DNA of 64,000 nucleotides from Vicugna vicugna (lineage: Eukaryota), in assembly GCA_013265495.1 (NCBI GenBank), contig MU058667.1, positions 372,001-436,000 on the forward strand, read 5' to 3'. Made by a program: the position numbers and the translations under genes. The notes under the pieces are model-generated. The model was not told the origin of the DNA, made no database searches, and was given only the letters and a program-made list of their open reading frames with translations. Shown here piece by piece: positions 13,044 to 24,519 of the stretch (positions are counted from its first letter, which is position 1; each line of letters begins with the position of its first letter).

Positions 13044-13482
13044 TCTTAGTGAAAGCAAGTTCACGTCCCCAGTGCACAGTGAGGCTAACCCATACTGAAA
13101 CATCAGAGTTTGGAGCAGAGAAAGGTTTATTGCAGGGCTGAGCAAGGAGAACAGGTGGCGTGTGCCCCCCAAACCACCCCAAATTTTCAACTGAGCATGT
13201 TTATAGGCCAGCTGAGAAAGAGGGTCACAGAGTATGTGATCCACTGGACACAATCCTGATTGGTTGATGGTGATCAATCATTAGGCAGAAACAGCTCTGC
13301 GGGCTGCATGCTCATGATCATCAAGTAGTTAATGTTTCCATTTGGTGGTGGTTTTAGCACCTGAAAACTCAGGAAAGATGCATCAAATACAATTATCTAG
13401 GTACTTCAGAGACAAGCTTCAGCAGAGGATATGGGGAAGGAGTCTGTCCTGGGAAGGCCTCATAGGGTCCTGCTCAGTTACA
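13044..13482 (-). mobile_element. 3' LTR (full length)
   Basis: Minus strand starts tgtaactgagcagg; AATAAA on minus at 13126-13131; preceded by the PPT. Confidence 0.9.
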
Positions 13483-13484
13483 AT

Positions 13485-13498
13485 CCCCCCCTTTCCTC
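13485..13498 (-). other. Polypurine tract, unit A
   Basis: Minus strand gaggaaaggggggg immediately before the LTR TG; duplicate at 18482-18495. Confidence 0.85.
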
Positions 13499-13759
13499 TG
13501 ATCCTCCTCAAACTTGAGGAGAACAGGTGTTGGACAAGAAGCAGAATAATGCTTTGGACAGAGAGGTTGATCATAAACTCATTGGAGGAAGTTGGTTTCA
13601 AACTCCAATCCTGTTTCATCCTTCCCTAAATCTTTCAGGGACTAGGGTGACGATTGCTCTGGATACTTACTGCTGAAACAGGACATAGTCCTACCTCAAT
13701 TTACAGAATGGACACCAAGTTGAATTATTCCTGAGTTCCAAGTCCTGGATCTGAGTCTT

Positions 13760-13980
13760 GTATGATTAAGATCCCATTCCCTGAGGAATTCAGGAGACTA
13801 AGCCTGAAAACCAGTCTGGAACTAGCACTTTGGGGGAGACTTACAGCCAGGTGTCCACTTTTATCTGAGGTTTTAACTTTGGATGTGGTATTAACATATG
13901 TATAACATAGCTATCAGCCACTACATGTCTCCTTTTGTCTGCTAACATCAGATCAAAAGCAATTTTACTGTCTAAAAATT
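13760..13980 (-). pseudogene. env: Retroviral env transmembrane-subunit remnant, unit A
   Basis: FLDSKIAFDLMLAD resembles the gamma-type immunosuppressive domain (LxNRxALDxLLA); after a frameshift, C-S-G-*-*-L-C-Y-T-Y-V-N-T-T-S (decayed CX6CC region); then DWFSGLVS*IP membrane-proximal motif. Confidence 0.7.
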
Positions 13981-13999
13981 TAATAGTTATAAGAGGACA

Positions 14000-14095
14000 T
14001 GAGACCTTGAGGTCATAAGGTTGTAGCTGCCATCTGCCAGCAGATACCTCTTTGAGAATCGCTGGTGGCACCCATGTGTGAGCGTGACACAGCTC
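14000..14095 (-). pseudogene. pol: Integrase C-terminal remnant, unit A
   Basis: HTWVPPAILKEVSAGRWQLQPYDLKV resembles the ERV1 integrase tail (WIHxxxLK...W...DLKL). Confidence 0.45.
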
Positions 14096-14785
14096 AGGAA
14101 ATGAGAGTTCTCGACAACACAGGAGTGTGTCTGAAATCACACCCACAACGGCTCCTAGTTTTACCTTGAATGTCTGAACCACAGCTACTCCACTTTGAGT
14201 TTCAAAGTGCATCACCCTCAATGGCCAAAGCAGATGTACAGTGCATGTGAAAAGGCCATAAAACAGGCCACTTTGGTCAGTAAAGTTGAAGTCAAACCAT
14301 GCATAAGTCAAAGTGACTTCCCCATACCTTAGTACATGCAGATTTCCCCATCATTTCTCTTTTAGATTAAAAACCTTTCAAAAGAAGCCTTGATGATGAA
14401 AAGGCCTGTCACTCGATGCTGGGGTGGTAGCTCCTGCCCCAGGTTTAGATCTTGTCCCTCGCTGCTAGGCCTCCTTTATCTTTGCCTAGTTATCCACGTT
14501 GGGGGAAACTAATTAGATATTGGAAACAGGATCAGAGGTATGTTAATAGGGAAACACTTTACAGGCCATATATTTTATTACTTATACCCAGTTGTTACAA
14601 AAGCATTGTACGTTTATATTTAGCAATAGGCTCAAAGTAAGCACAGTTTTACATCATGAGTGGTGATACATAATTATACTCTGTGATAACTCCATTAGAG
14701 AATTCTCTTTCTAGTCTAAAAATTGGGGGCCATACTGATAGGGTGACAAACATTTGGGAAACACTTTAATTAAAAAACAGATCAA

Positions 14786-14850
14786 GTGCTGTACACCAGA
14801 AATTGACACACATTGAAAACTGACTACACTTCAATAAAAAGGAAAAAAAA
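14786..14850 (+). mobile_element. L1 extreme 3' tail inside ERV unit A
   Basis: gtgctgtacaccagaaattgacac...cttcaataaaaaggaaaa; same site as the L1 in unit B. Confidence 0.85.
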
Positions 14851-16913
14851 ATCAAAAGCCAGTAATATTTCAGATAAAACCAAAAAAATACAACCATCTT
14901 TATCAGTTCATTCAACCCATGTAATTAATCCTTTTACTAACAGCTTTATTAAACCAGAGATTATTAGGTTTTAAAATGTTACCCAGATCAGTAATCAGTA
15001 TGATTTATAAGAAACCTGTACTTTGTCAAGAAATCCCTGTTATGAATCTTCTTGAAGATGAAGTTTTGCACAGCATTAGCTAAACTATGATAAAACCTTA
15101 AAAACTCAAGGTAAAACATTTGATCACAATGTTTTTGATCAAGAAGCTTCATCCACTTGCTGTGACATACAGCATTCTAAGATAACCAGCATTATGACTG
15201 ATAGCATTATACCGGGACATATCCAAAATTCAGAAGCTCTATGTAATTTCCAGAAAGTCTGTTTTAATAACATGTATCCATACCGAATAATCTGAGGATG
15301 CTTATCACTCATTTGACAACACTTCACATGTAATTTCACATACTAACCAACCAATCCTAGTTAAATATTTTTCTGTGAGTTGCCTCCGGGGTTCTCTGAA
15401 GCATCCGAATGTTAGCTGAAGTCAGAAGAACTCTAAGTAGAATATGATAGGAAGTTTGTCAAAAATACCAAAAAATTTCACAAAATCTGTTATCAGAAGC
15501 ATTCTAAGAAAACTTGTTCTCTTAACAGAGAGGAACCAAACCTAGTCCTGCACCAGCTGCTTTAACAACAAGAGCCATTTACCTAAGTAAGTTTGATCTC
15601 AGCCCAACCACACACAGAACTCCTTTTTTAGGGCTCTCTTATTAAAACTTTCTACAATTTTCTGTATCCATATTAGTTTGCCCCTTATTTTTTTTTTCCA
15701 TCTAGAAACAACCAACTCTAGGACCAGATCATTTTCTTGACCCTTAATGGAATGTAATTGCAATTCCATTCTTCATATCATTAAAAAAATTAAAACATAT
15801 CCTACTTTCCCACTGTATACTGAAATGATAAAGGAACTATTTTAGTAGCTTAACATATTAATTTACAACCCTCAACTCCTAAAAAATCTTAATTTCTAGT
15901 GAATCTTTCAGTATCTTACTTTGTTTCAGAATGACCTTGCTACTCAAAAAACTTCCACCATTTAACCCAATATAGCACAACTCTAAAATTTCAAGTCACC
16001 AAACATTTGGAGAGATCATTCCTAACTAGACATTAGTAAAACAAAATTATTTTCTGACACAAAAGCTCTTCTCATTTGCATTTAATTTACTTATAAGAAT
16101 TTCATCATTCCAAGTTAATTTTCTTTCTGCTGACAAACTCTACAACAGAAACATGAACGTAGTGACCTTCAGTAAACCTAGATACAATAAGACATATCTG
16201 TATTGATTATACCAACACGCTTAAGCTAGCTTTAATATCAGATATCAAGTTAGTATTGAATATTTCGTAGATCACATGAACTTCAAATTTCTTCTAGCTT
16301 CTTTTATACTTAGAATTATTTAGTTTGTAAGCACTTACTTTTAAGTCAATGAATATGGCTTCCCACAAGTTAATTTTTACATAAAGATAGAACCAGAGAC
16401 AGAACCAGAGATCTCAGTTTCTCCATTTGAATTTAAAAAAAATCTTTTTTTTCCTTGAGCCCAGGTAGATAATTTACATCTAAAAGACACAGAAAGAGAA
16501 ATGAAAATTCCTCCTCTGCTTTTACAAAATCCAATAATCTTGGCTATTTTCTGAGATTTTTTCCCCGCAATTGTCAGTCACTTCAGTTTAAAGAAGTAAC
16601 AGTAACAGACAATAATACATATATCATTCACCCACATTCACATGCCCACTTTCAGCAAAACCGGGAAGTGAGAGTAGGATTTGGACATAGGAACACACAT
16701 ACATACACACACACATACACCCCCCAAGAGAAAAGCCTATTATTTTCTTTCATTTATAGGAGCATAGCTAGAGATCTCCCAGTTTTGCCAAAATACTTTG
16801 GCGGGGGGGGGGCCTATAAGACGGAACATCCATACTTAATTATTCATGGCTGATGTTACCAAATATCAAGCACGTAACCACTCCAAGTGGTCCCTCTCAG
16901 TCACAGTTCCCTA

Positions 16914-17478
16914 CGTTAGAGCAGGCAGAGAGCTAGATCTGAGCAGAGAAAGGGGGATGCAGGCTAAGTGGTAGAAACTGGGCAGAAAGGAGGGGCACAG
17001 GCCGAATGCAGGAAACCACACAGCATGTAAGCACCAGGGGCCCCTGGGCAGAGTAAGCAAAGCAGGAACCTCTGGGCTGATGAGCGGTCATACATTTTAG
17101 GATAATGAGCCACCTGGAAGCTGACAAAGAAAGGCAGGTAAAGGCAGGAATCGCCAGTGTCTGAATGTCACCTGTTGCTCATTATGCCCTCATTACAATA
17201 CAATTAGCCTGGCCGACTAGAAGTACCCATCGTGCACCGACGCCATGACACTTCCAACCCAAACTAAAGACAAAAATCCCTCCCCACTTCGGGAAGGTGG
17301 AGTTGGGGTAAAAATCAGGGATATGACCCCAAACCCTTCCCTCCCCATGAATATTCCGCCCATTTTTACATTCTATGTACCCCACCTGCCAAAGAAACTC
17401 AGGGCAGCTGCTCACCTGAGCCTGCTTGCTCTCCCCTGGAGTGTGTACTATCCGTCCGTAAATAAACCCCCACTTTAC
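16914..17478 (+). mobile_element. Nested LTR of a different family, antisense to the host ERV, 3'-truncated (unit A)
   Basis: Starts (c)gttagagcaggcag; contains gaatattccgccc and AATAAA at 17461; unrelated to the host LTRs. Confidence 0.7.
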
Positions 17479-18137
17479 ATCAACACAGGAGGGAATGATA
17501 CCCTGGTGTCATCACACTCAAGGCCTGTTACTCACCAAAGATGTCTCAACTGGCCAATGCAAGTACCGATACACACACGAAAAATATGGTCCCACAAAAA
17601 AAAGATCTCCCGAAAGCGAGTGCCCCCAATGAGCGCAGAATAGCTCACTTTCCAGAAAGTAATCAGCCTAGGTGGAGCGGGTAGAATTTTCCCATCCTGC
17701 CCAAGTCGGAGCGGCTCACCCCAAAACAATACACACAAAAACGCAAACAACAAATATGCCACGGTCACACAGAAAACCTGAGGCGGTCTAGTCTAAAATT
17801 TCCACGTCCATGCCCAGACAGAGGCCCCCTACAGATTGGTCCAGCTCTCGAAAGAGAACTGACCTAGACTGGCTCCCAGTGAGTCCAGAGCAGCTCACTT
17901 CCTGGAAGGGAATGAACCCAGATGGAGTGGAGAGAACTCCCCCACTGCGCCACGCTGGACGAACTCACCCCAAGGTGACCCTGAATGTGGTCACAGCTCA
18001 GGACGTTTCTCCCTCCAAACAGACTCCATGGGGGCATCTGGTACCTGTCAGGGGGAGTCCCTCCTAGTTCCCCGGAGTGAAGTGAGTCCTGGCAGCTACT
18101 GGAGACCCAGGGAAGCGGCTGCCTCTGGCCGGACTTG

Positions 18138-18479
18138 GGAGAAATGAGCAGCTTGTATCCAAAAAACGCTGAATTCCCTGCAAGTTTTCAGCTGAGCATT
18201 TCTGAAGGGAGGGAGGGGCGTCCCAGGGTATGTGATCAGCTGTGCACAATTCTCTGATTGATTGATGGTAATCAATCCTTTGGCACCAGAGGTCTTCGAG
18301 CTACATGCTCATGATCATCAAGTAGTTAATGTTTCCATTTGGTGGTGGTTTTAGCACCTGAAAACTCAGGAAAGATGCATCAAATACAATTATCTAGGTA
18401 CTTCAGAGACAAGCTTCAGCAGAGGATATGGGGAAGGAGTCTGTCCTGGGAAGGCCTCATAGGGTCCTGCTCAGTTACA
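18138..18479 (-). mobile_element. Central LTR, mosaic, lacking poly(A) signal and R/U5
   Basis: 18304-18479 identical to 13307-13482; 18138-~18255 matches the 23662 LTR; ~18256-18303 matches neither exactly. Confidence 0.9.
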
Positions 18480-18756
18480 ATCCCCCCCTTTCCTCTGATC
18501 CTCCTCAAACTTGAGGAGAACAGGTGTTGGACAAGAAGCAGAATAATGCTTTGGACAGAGAGGTTGATCATAAACTCATTGGAGGAAGTTGGTTTCAAAC
18601 TCCAATCCTGTTTCATCCTTCCCTAAATCTTTCAGGGACTAGGGTGACGATTGCTCTGGATACTTACTGCTGAAACAGGACATAGTCCTACCTCAATTTA
18701 CAGAATGGACACCAAGTTGAATTATTCCTGAGTTCCAAGTCCTGGATCTGAGTCTT

Positions 18757-18977
18757 GTATGATTAAGATCCCATTCCCTGAGGAATTCAGGAGACTAAGC
18801 CTGAAAACCAGTCTGGAACTAGCACTTTGGGGGAGACTTACAGCCAGGTGTCCACTTTTATCTGAGGTTTTAACTTTGGATGTGGTATTAACATATGTAT
18901 AACATAGCTATCAGCCACTACATGTCTCCTTTTGTCTGCTAACATCAGATCAAAAGCAATTTTACTGTCTAAAAATT
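18757..18977 (-). pseudogene. env: env TM remnant, unit B
   Basis: Same sequence as 13760-13980 (offset 4997). Confidence 0.7.
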
Positions 18978-19782
18978 TAATAGTTATAAGAGGACATGAG
19001 ACCTTGAGGTCATAAGGTTGTAGCTGCCATCTGCCAGCAGATACCTCTTTGAGAATCGCTGGTGGCACCCATGTGTGAGCGTGACACAGCTCAGGAAATG
19101 AGAGTTCTCGACAACACAGGAATGTGTCTGAAATCACACCCACAATGGCCCCTAGTTTTACCTTGAATGTCTGAACCACAGCTACTCCTCTTTGAGTTTC
19201 AAAGTGCATCACCCTCCTCAATGGCCAAAGCAGATGTACAGTGCATGTCAAGAGGCCATAAAACAGGCAGCTTTGGTCAGTAAAACTGAAGTTAAACCAT
19301 GCATAAGTCAGAATGACTTCTCCATACCTTAGTACATGCAGATTTCCCCTTTAGATTATAAACCTTTCGATAGAAAGCCTTGATGATGAAAAGGCCTGTC
19401 ACTCTATGCTGTGGTGGTAGCTCCTGCCCCAGGTTTAGATCATGTCCCTCGCTGCTAGGCCTCCTTTCTATCTGTCTAGTTATCCATGTTGGGGGAAAAC
19501 TAATCAGATATTGTAAATAGGATCAGAGGTATGTTAATGGGGAAACAATTTATAGGTCATATATTTTATTACTTATACCCAATTGTTACACAAACATTGT
19601 ACATGTGCATTTAGCAATAGACAAAGCAAACAGTTTTACATCATGAGTATTTATACGTAATTATACTTTGTGATAACTCCATTGGAGAATTCTCTTTCCA
19701 TTCTAAAAATTGGGGGCCATACTGATTGGAGACCATACTGATAGGGAGACAAACATTTGGGAAACAGTTGAATCAAACAGAT

Positions 19783-20764
19783 CCAGCTCATAAAATTACA
19801 TAAGAAAACAAAAACAAAAACAAAAACCTAATCACAAAATGGGCAGAACCCGAAACAAGCAATTCTCCAATGAAGCCATATCAATGACCAATAGGCAAAT
19901 GAAAAAATTGCTCAGTATCACTGATTATCAGAGAAATGCAAGTGAAAACTACCATGAGGTCTCACCTCACACTAGTCAGAATGGCCATCATTCAAAAGTC
20001 CCCCAATGATAAATGCTGGAGAGGCTGTGGAGAAATGGGAACCCTCCTACACTATTGGTAGGAATGCAGTTTGGTGCCACCATTGTGGAAAGTGGTATGG
20101 AGATTCCTCAAAAGACTAAAAATAGACTGACCATATGACCCAACATCACACTCCTTGGCATATATCCAGAAGGAACCCTAATTCAAAAAGACACCTGCAC
20201 TCCAATGTTCATAGCAGCACTATTTGCAATAGCCAAGAGATGGAAACAACCTAAGTGTCCATTGACAGATGATTGGATAAAGAAGTTGTGGTATATTTAT
20301 ACAATGGAGTATTACTCAGCCATAAAAGATGACAACATAATGCCATTTGCAGAACATGAATGTCCTTGGAGAATGTCATTCTAAGCGAAGCCAGAAAGAG
20401 AAAGAAAAATGCCACATGGTATCACTCATATGTGGAATCAAAAAAAAAAAGACAAATTAATTTATGTATAAAAGAGAAACAGACTCACAGACATAGAATA
20501 CAGAGTTAAGGTTGCAGGGGGGAGAGGGTAAACTGAGAAGGGATAAATTGGCAGTTCAAGGTTTGCAATTACTGACTGGTGTATATATAAAATAAACAAG
20601 TTTATACTGTATAGTACAGGGAAATATATTCAATATACTGTAGTAGCTCAAGGTGAAAAAGAATGTGAAAATGAATATATGTATATTCATGTATGACTGA
20701 AGAAATGTGTTGTACACCACAAATTGACACATTGTAAACTGACTATACTTCAATAAAAAAGAAA
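19783..20764 (+). mobile_element. 5'-truncated L1 inside ERV unit B
   Basis: ORF2 3' end, 3'UTR and A tail; TSD aaacagat at 19775-19782 / 20765-20772. Confidence 0.95.
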
Positions 20765-22225
20765 AAACAGATAGAAAGCCAGTAACAGTTCAGATAAAAC
20801 CAAAAAATTACAACCATATTCATCAGTTTACTCAACCTCATGTAATTAATCTTTTACTAACAGTTTTATTACTAGAGATTTCATTAGACTTTTAAAATAT
20901 CTTACCCAGTCAACAGTATGATTAAAAAAAGAAACCTGTACTTGTCCTAAGTAGAATTTGATAGGAAGTTTGTCAAAAATACCAATAAATTTCACAAAAT
21001 CTGTTATCAGAAGCATTCTAAGAAAACTTGTTCTTTTAACAGAGAGGAACCAAATCTAGTCCTGCACCAGCCTGTTTTCACAATGAAATCCATTTACCTA
21101 AGTAAGTTTAATCTCAGCCCAACCATACACAGCACTCCTTTATGGTTCCCTTTCTACAAATTTTCCACAGCTTTCTGTATCCATATTAGTTTGTCCCTTA
21201 TTTTCTTCCCCATCTAGAAACAACCAGCTCTAGGACCAGATCATTTTCTTTATCCTTAATAGAATGCAATTGTAATTCCATTCCTCATAGCATTTTTTAA
21301 AAAATTAAAACATATATCCTTTTTCCTGCAGTGTACTGAAATAGTTCCTTTATTATTTTTGTAGCTTCATATATTTAAATTAGAACCCTCAACTCCTAAA
21401 AATCTTAATTCCTAGGGAATCTTTCAGTATCTTATTTTGTTTGGGAATGACCTAGCTATTCAAACTTCCACTATTTAACCCAATTTAGAACAACCCTAAA
21501 ATTTCAAGTTACCAAATATCTGAGGAGGTCATCTCTAAGTAGACATTAGTAAAACAAAATTATTTCCAAGAACCGACCCACACGCTCTTCTCATTTGCAT
21601 TTAATTTACTTATGAGAATTTCATCATTCCAAGTTATCTTTCTTTCTGCTGACAAACTCCACAACAGAAACATGAATGTATTGACCTTCAGTAAACCTAG
21701 ATACAATAAGACATATCTATATTGATTATACCAACAAGCTTAAGCTAGCTTTAAAATCAGATATCAAGTTAATCGTGAATATTTCCTAGATCACATGAAC
21801 TTGAAATTTCTTCTCTCTAGCTTCTTTTATACTTAGAAATATTTAGTTTGTAAGCACTTACTTTTAAGTCAATTAATATGGTTTGCCCACAAGTTAATTT
21901 TTACATAAAGACAGAACCAGAGATCTGTTTTTCACTTGAGTTTAAAAAATTTTTTTTTTCTTTTTCCCTTGAGAGCCCAGGTAGCTCATTTACATCTAAA
22001 AGGCACAGGAAGAGAAATGAAAATTCTTCCTCTAACTGCTTGTACAAAATCCATTCATCTTGGCTATTTTCAAGGTTTTTAATTTTTTTCCCAATTCTCC
22101 AATAGCCACTTCAGTTTAAAGAAATTACAGTAACAGACAATAATACATATATCATTCACCCACATTCACATGCCCACTGTCAGTAAAACCAGGAAGTGCG
22201 AGTAGGATTTGAACTCAGGTACTGG

Positions 22226-22226
<1 letters not shown>

Positions 22227-22277
<51 letters not shown>

Positions 22278-22301
22278 CTCTCTCTCTCTCTCTCTCTCTC
22301 T
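22227..22301. repeat. Compound (CA)n(CT)n microsatellite abutting the assembly gap
   Basis: Seen directly; a shorter imperfect CA tract sits at the homologous site 16693-16720. Confidence 0.95.
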
Positions 22302-22523
22302 NNNNNNNNNNNNNNNNNNNNNNNNNNNNNNNNNNNNNNNNNNNNNNNNNNNNNNNNNNNNNNNNNNNNNNNNNNNNNNNNNNNNNNNNNNNNNNNNNNN
22401 NNNNNNNNNNNNNNNNNNNNNNNNNNNNNNNNNNNNNNNNNNNNNNNNNNNNNNNNNNNNNNNNNNNNNNNNNNNNNNNNNNNNNNNNNNNNNNNNNNNN
22501 NNNNNNNNNNNNNNNNNNNNNNN
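22302..22523. other. Assembly gap (222 N)
   Basis: Run of N. Confidence 1.
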
Positions 22524-22929
22524 TGGGCTGATGAGCGGTCATACATTTTAGGATAATGAGCCACCTGGAAGCTGACAAAGAAAGGCAGGTAAAGGCAGGA
22601 ATCGCCAGTGTCTGAATGTCACCTGTTGCTCATTATGCCCTCATTACAATACAATTAGCCTGGCCGACTAGAAGTACCCATCGTGCACCGACGCCATGAC
22701 ACTTCCAACCCAAACTAAAGACAAAAATCCCTCCCCACTTCGGGAAGGTGGAGTTGGGGTAAAAATCAGGGATATGACCCCAAACCCTTCCCTCCCCATG
22801 AATATTCCGCCCATTTTTACATTCTATGTACCCCACCTGCCAAAGAAACTCAGGGCAGCTGCTCACCTGAGCCTGCTTGCTCTCCCCTGGAGTGTGTACT
22901 ATCCGTCCGTAAATAAACCCCCACTTTAC
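22524..22929 (+). mobile_element. Nested LTR, unit B copy (5' part lies in the gap)
   Basis: Matches 17073-17478 (offset 5451); AATAAA at 22912. Confidence 0.7.
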
Positions 22930-23367
22930 ATCAACGCAGGAGGGAATGATACCCTGGTGTCATCACACTCAAGGCCTGTTACTCACCAAAGATGTCTCAA
23001 CTGGCCAATGCAAGTACCGATACACACACGAAAAATATGGTCCCACAAAAAAAAGATCTCCCGAAAGCGAGTGCCCCCAATGAGCGCAGAATAGCTCACT
23101 TTCCAGAAAGTAATCAGCCTAGGTGGAGCGGGTAGAATTTTCCCATCCTGCCCAAGTCGGAGCGGCTCACCCCAAAACAATACACACAAAAACGCAAACA
23201 ACAAATAAGCCACAGTCACACAGAAAACCTGAGGCGGTCTAGTCTAAAATTTCCACTTCCTTGCCCAGACAGAGGCCCCCTACAGATTGGTCCAGCTCTC
23301 GAAAGAGAACTGACCTAGACTGGCTCCCAGTGAGTCCAGAGCAGCTCACTTCCTGGAAGGGAATGAA

Positions 23368-23543
23368 CCCAGATGGAGTGGAGAACTCACCCCAGGTGAC
23401 CCTGAATGTGGTCACAGCTCAGGACGTTTCTCCCTCCAAAGCCCAGATGGAGTGGAGAGAATTCCACCCCGCGCCACGCTGGACGAACTCACCCCAAGGT
23501 GACCCTGAATGTGGTCACAGCTCAGGACGTTTCTCCCTCCAAA
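23368..23543. repeat. Two-unit tandem repeat in the ERV leader (73-bp and 102-bp units)
   Basis: cccagatggagtggag...gtgaccctgaatgtggtcacagctcaggacgtttctccctccaaa at 23368-23440 and 23442-23543; unit A has only the long unit (17917-18019). Confidence 0.9.
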
Positions 23544-23661
23544 CAGACTCCATGGGGGCATCTGGTACCTGTCAGGGGGAGTCCCTCCTAGTTCCCCGGA
23601 GTGAAGTGAGTCCTGGCAGCTACTGGAGACCCAGGGAAGCGGCTGCCTCTGGCCGGACTTG

Positions 23662-24013
23662 GGAGAAATGAGCAGCTTGTATCCAAAAAACGCTGAATTC
23701 CCTGCAAGTTTTCAGCTGAGCATTTCTGAAGGAAACTGAGGGAGGGAGGGGCGTCCCAGGGTATGTGATCAGCTGTGCACAATTCCCTGATTGATGATGA
23801 TCAATCCTTAGGTGCCAGCGGGTCTGGGGGCTGCAATGCTCATGATCATCAAGTAGTTGATTTTTTCCATTTGGCAGTGTTTTTTAACATCTGAAAAACC
23901 CAGGAAAGATGCATCAGATACAGTTGCCTGGGTACTTCAGAGAGGAACTTCAGCAGAGGATATGGAGGAGGGGTCTCTCTGCGGAAGGCCGGATAGGGTC
24001 CTGCTTGGTGACA
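23662..24013 (-). mobile_element. 5' LTR, lacking poly(A) signal, R/U5 and PBS
   Basis: Minus strand starts tgtcaccaagcagg; homologous to 13146-13482 but clearly diverged. Confidence 0.9.
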
Positions 24014-24519
24014 CATTCACATCGCTGTTCCTGTGAATGTGTTATTCCCTGTGCTGTAGTCTTGATTTTTTTTTTTTGTAGCCAATTGCTACTCATCCTT
24101 TATACTCAGGGTGACACCTCCTTTGGGAAAGCTCTGCATGACGCGATGGATCTCCTCGTGGAGATTCTCCGAGACCTTGGGACTTGATCATAGTGTTACC
24201 CTGGCACTTATCCATACTCTATCCCAGCACTTATCATACAGTTCTGTAATCTTTGGTTTCATGCTTGTCTTCCCCCTGTTCTGTGAGATATTCAGAGTCG
24301 GAATAACCTGTTTAACTGTGCGTTCATAGTGCCAAGTTCAGCTCTAATGTGTGTTGAATTGAATTGAATCAGTGGTTGAAATTCAACAAAGTAATGGCAC
24401 ACAGCAGTAAATGACCACATCACAATTGTTAAGGAAAACTTGTACCACTGGCCCAAAGACAGTGAGGGCCTTGTAGGACAAGTGCCACCACTTCAGAGCC
24501 CATATAATGGCTGTGAAGA

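Larger units (their letters stand above)
13044..24013 (-). mobile_element. Tandem ERV1-class non-autonomous provirus, LTR-int-LTR-int-LTR (MER4-group/MER41-like)
   Basis: Three homologous LTRs, two polypurine tracts, two homologous AT-rich internal regions, pol/env remnants, 4-bp TSD-like flanks cttt (13040-13043) / catt (24014-24017). Confidence 0.9.

Noticed and set aside
13342..13629. 95-aa ORF repeated three times as a gene family
   Set aside because: Lies antisense within LTR sequence; the repetition reflects the three LTRs
13841..14311. 156-aa ORF as a syncytin-like env gene
   Set aside because: No signal peptide, SU region, furin site or intact CX6CC; downstream motifs are frameshifted and contain stops
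22166..22578. ORFs spanning the N run
   Set aside because: Artefacts of the gap and microsatellite
23368..23543. CRISPR-like repeat-spacer array
   Set aside because: Eukaryotic ERV leader, only two long units, no unique spacers
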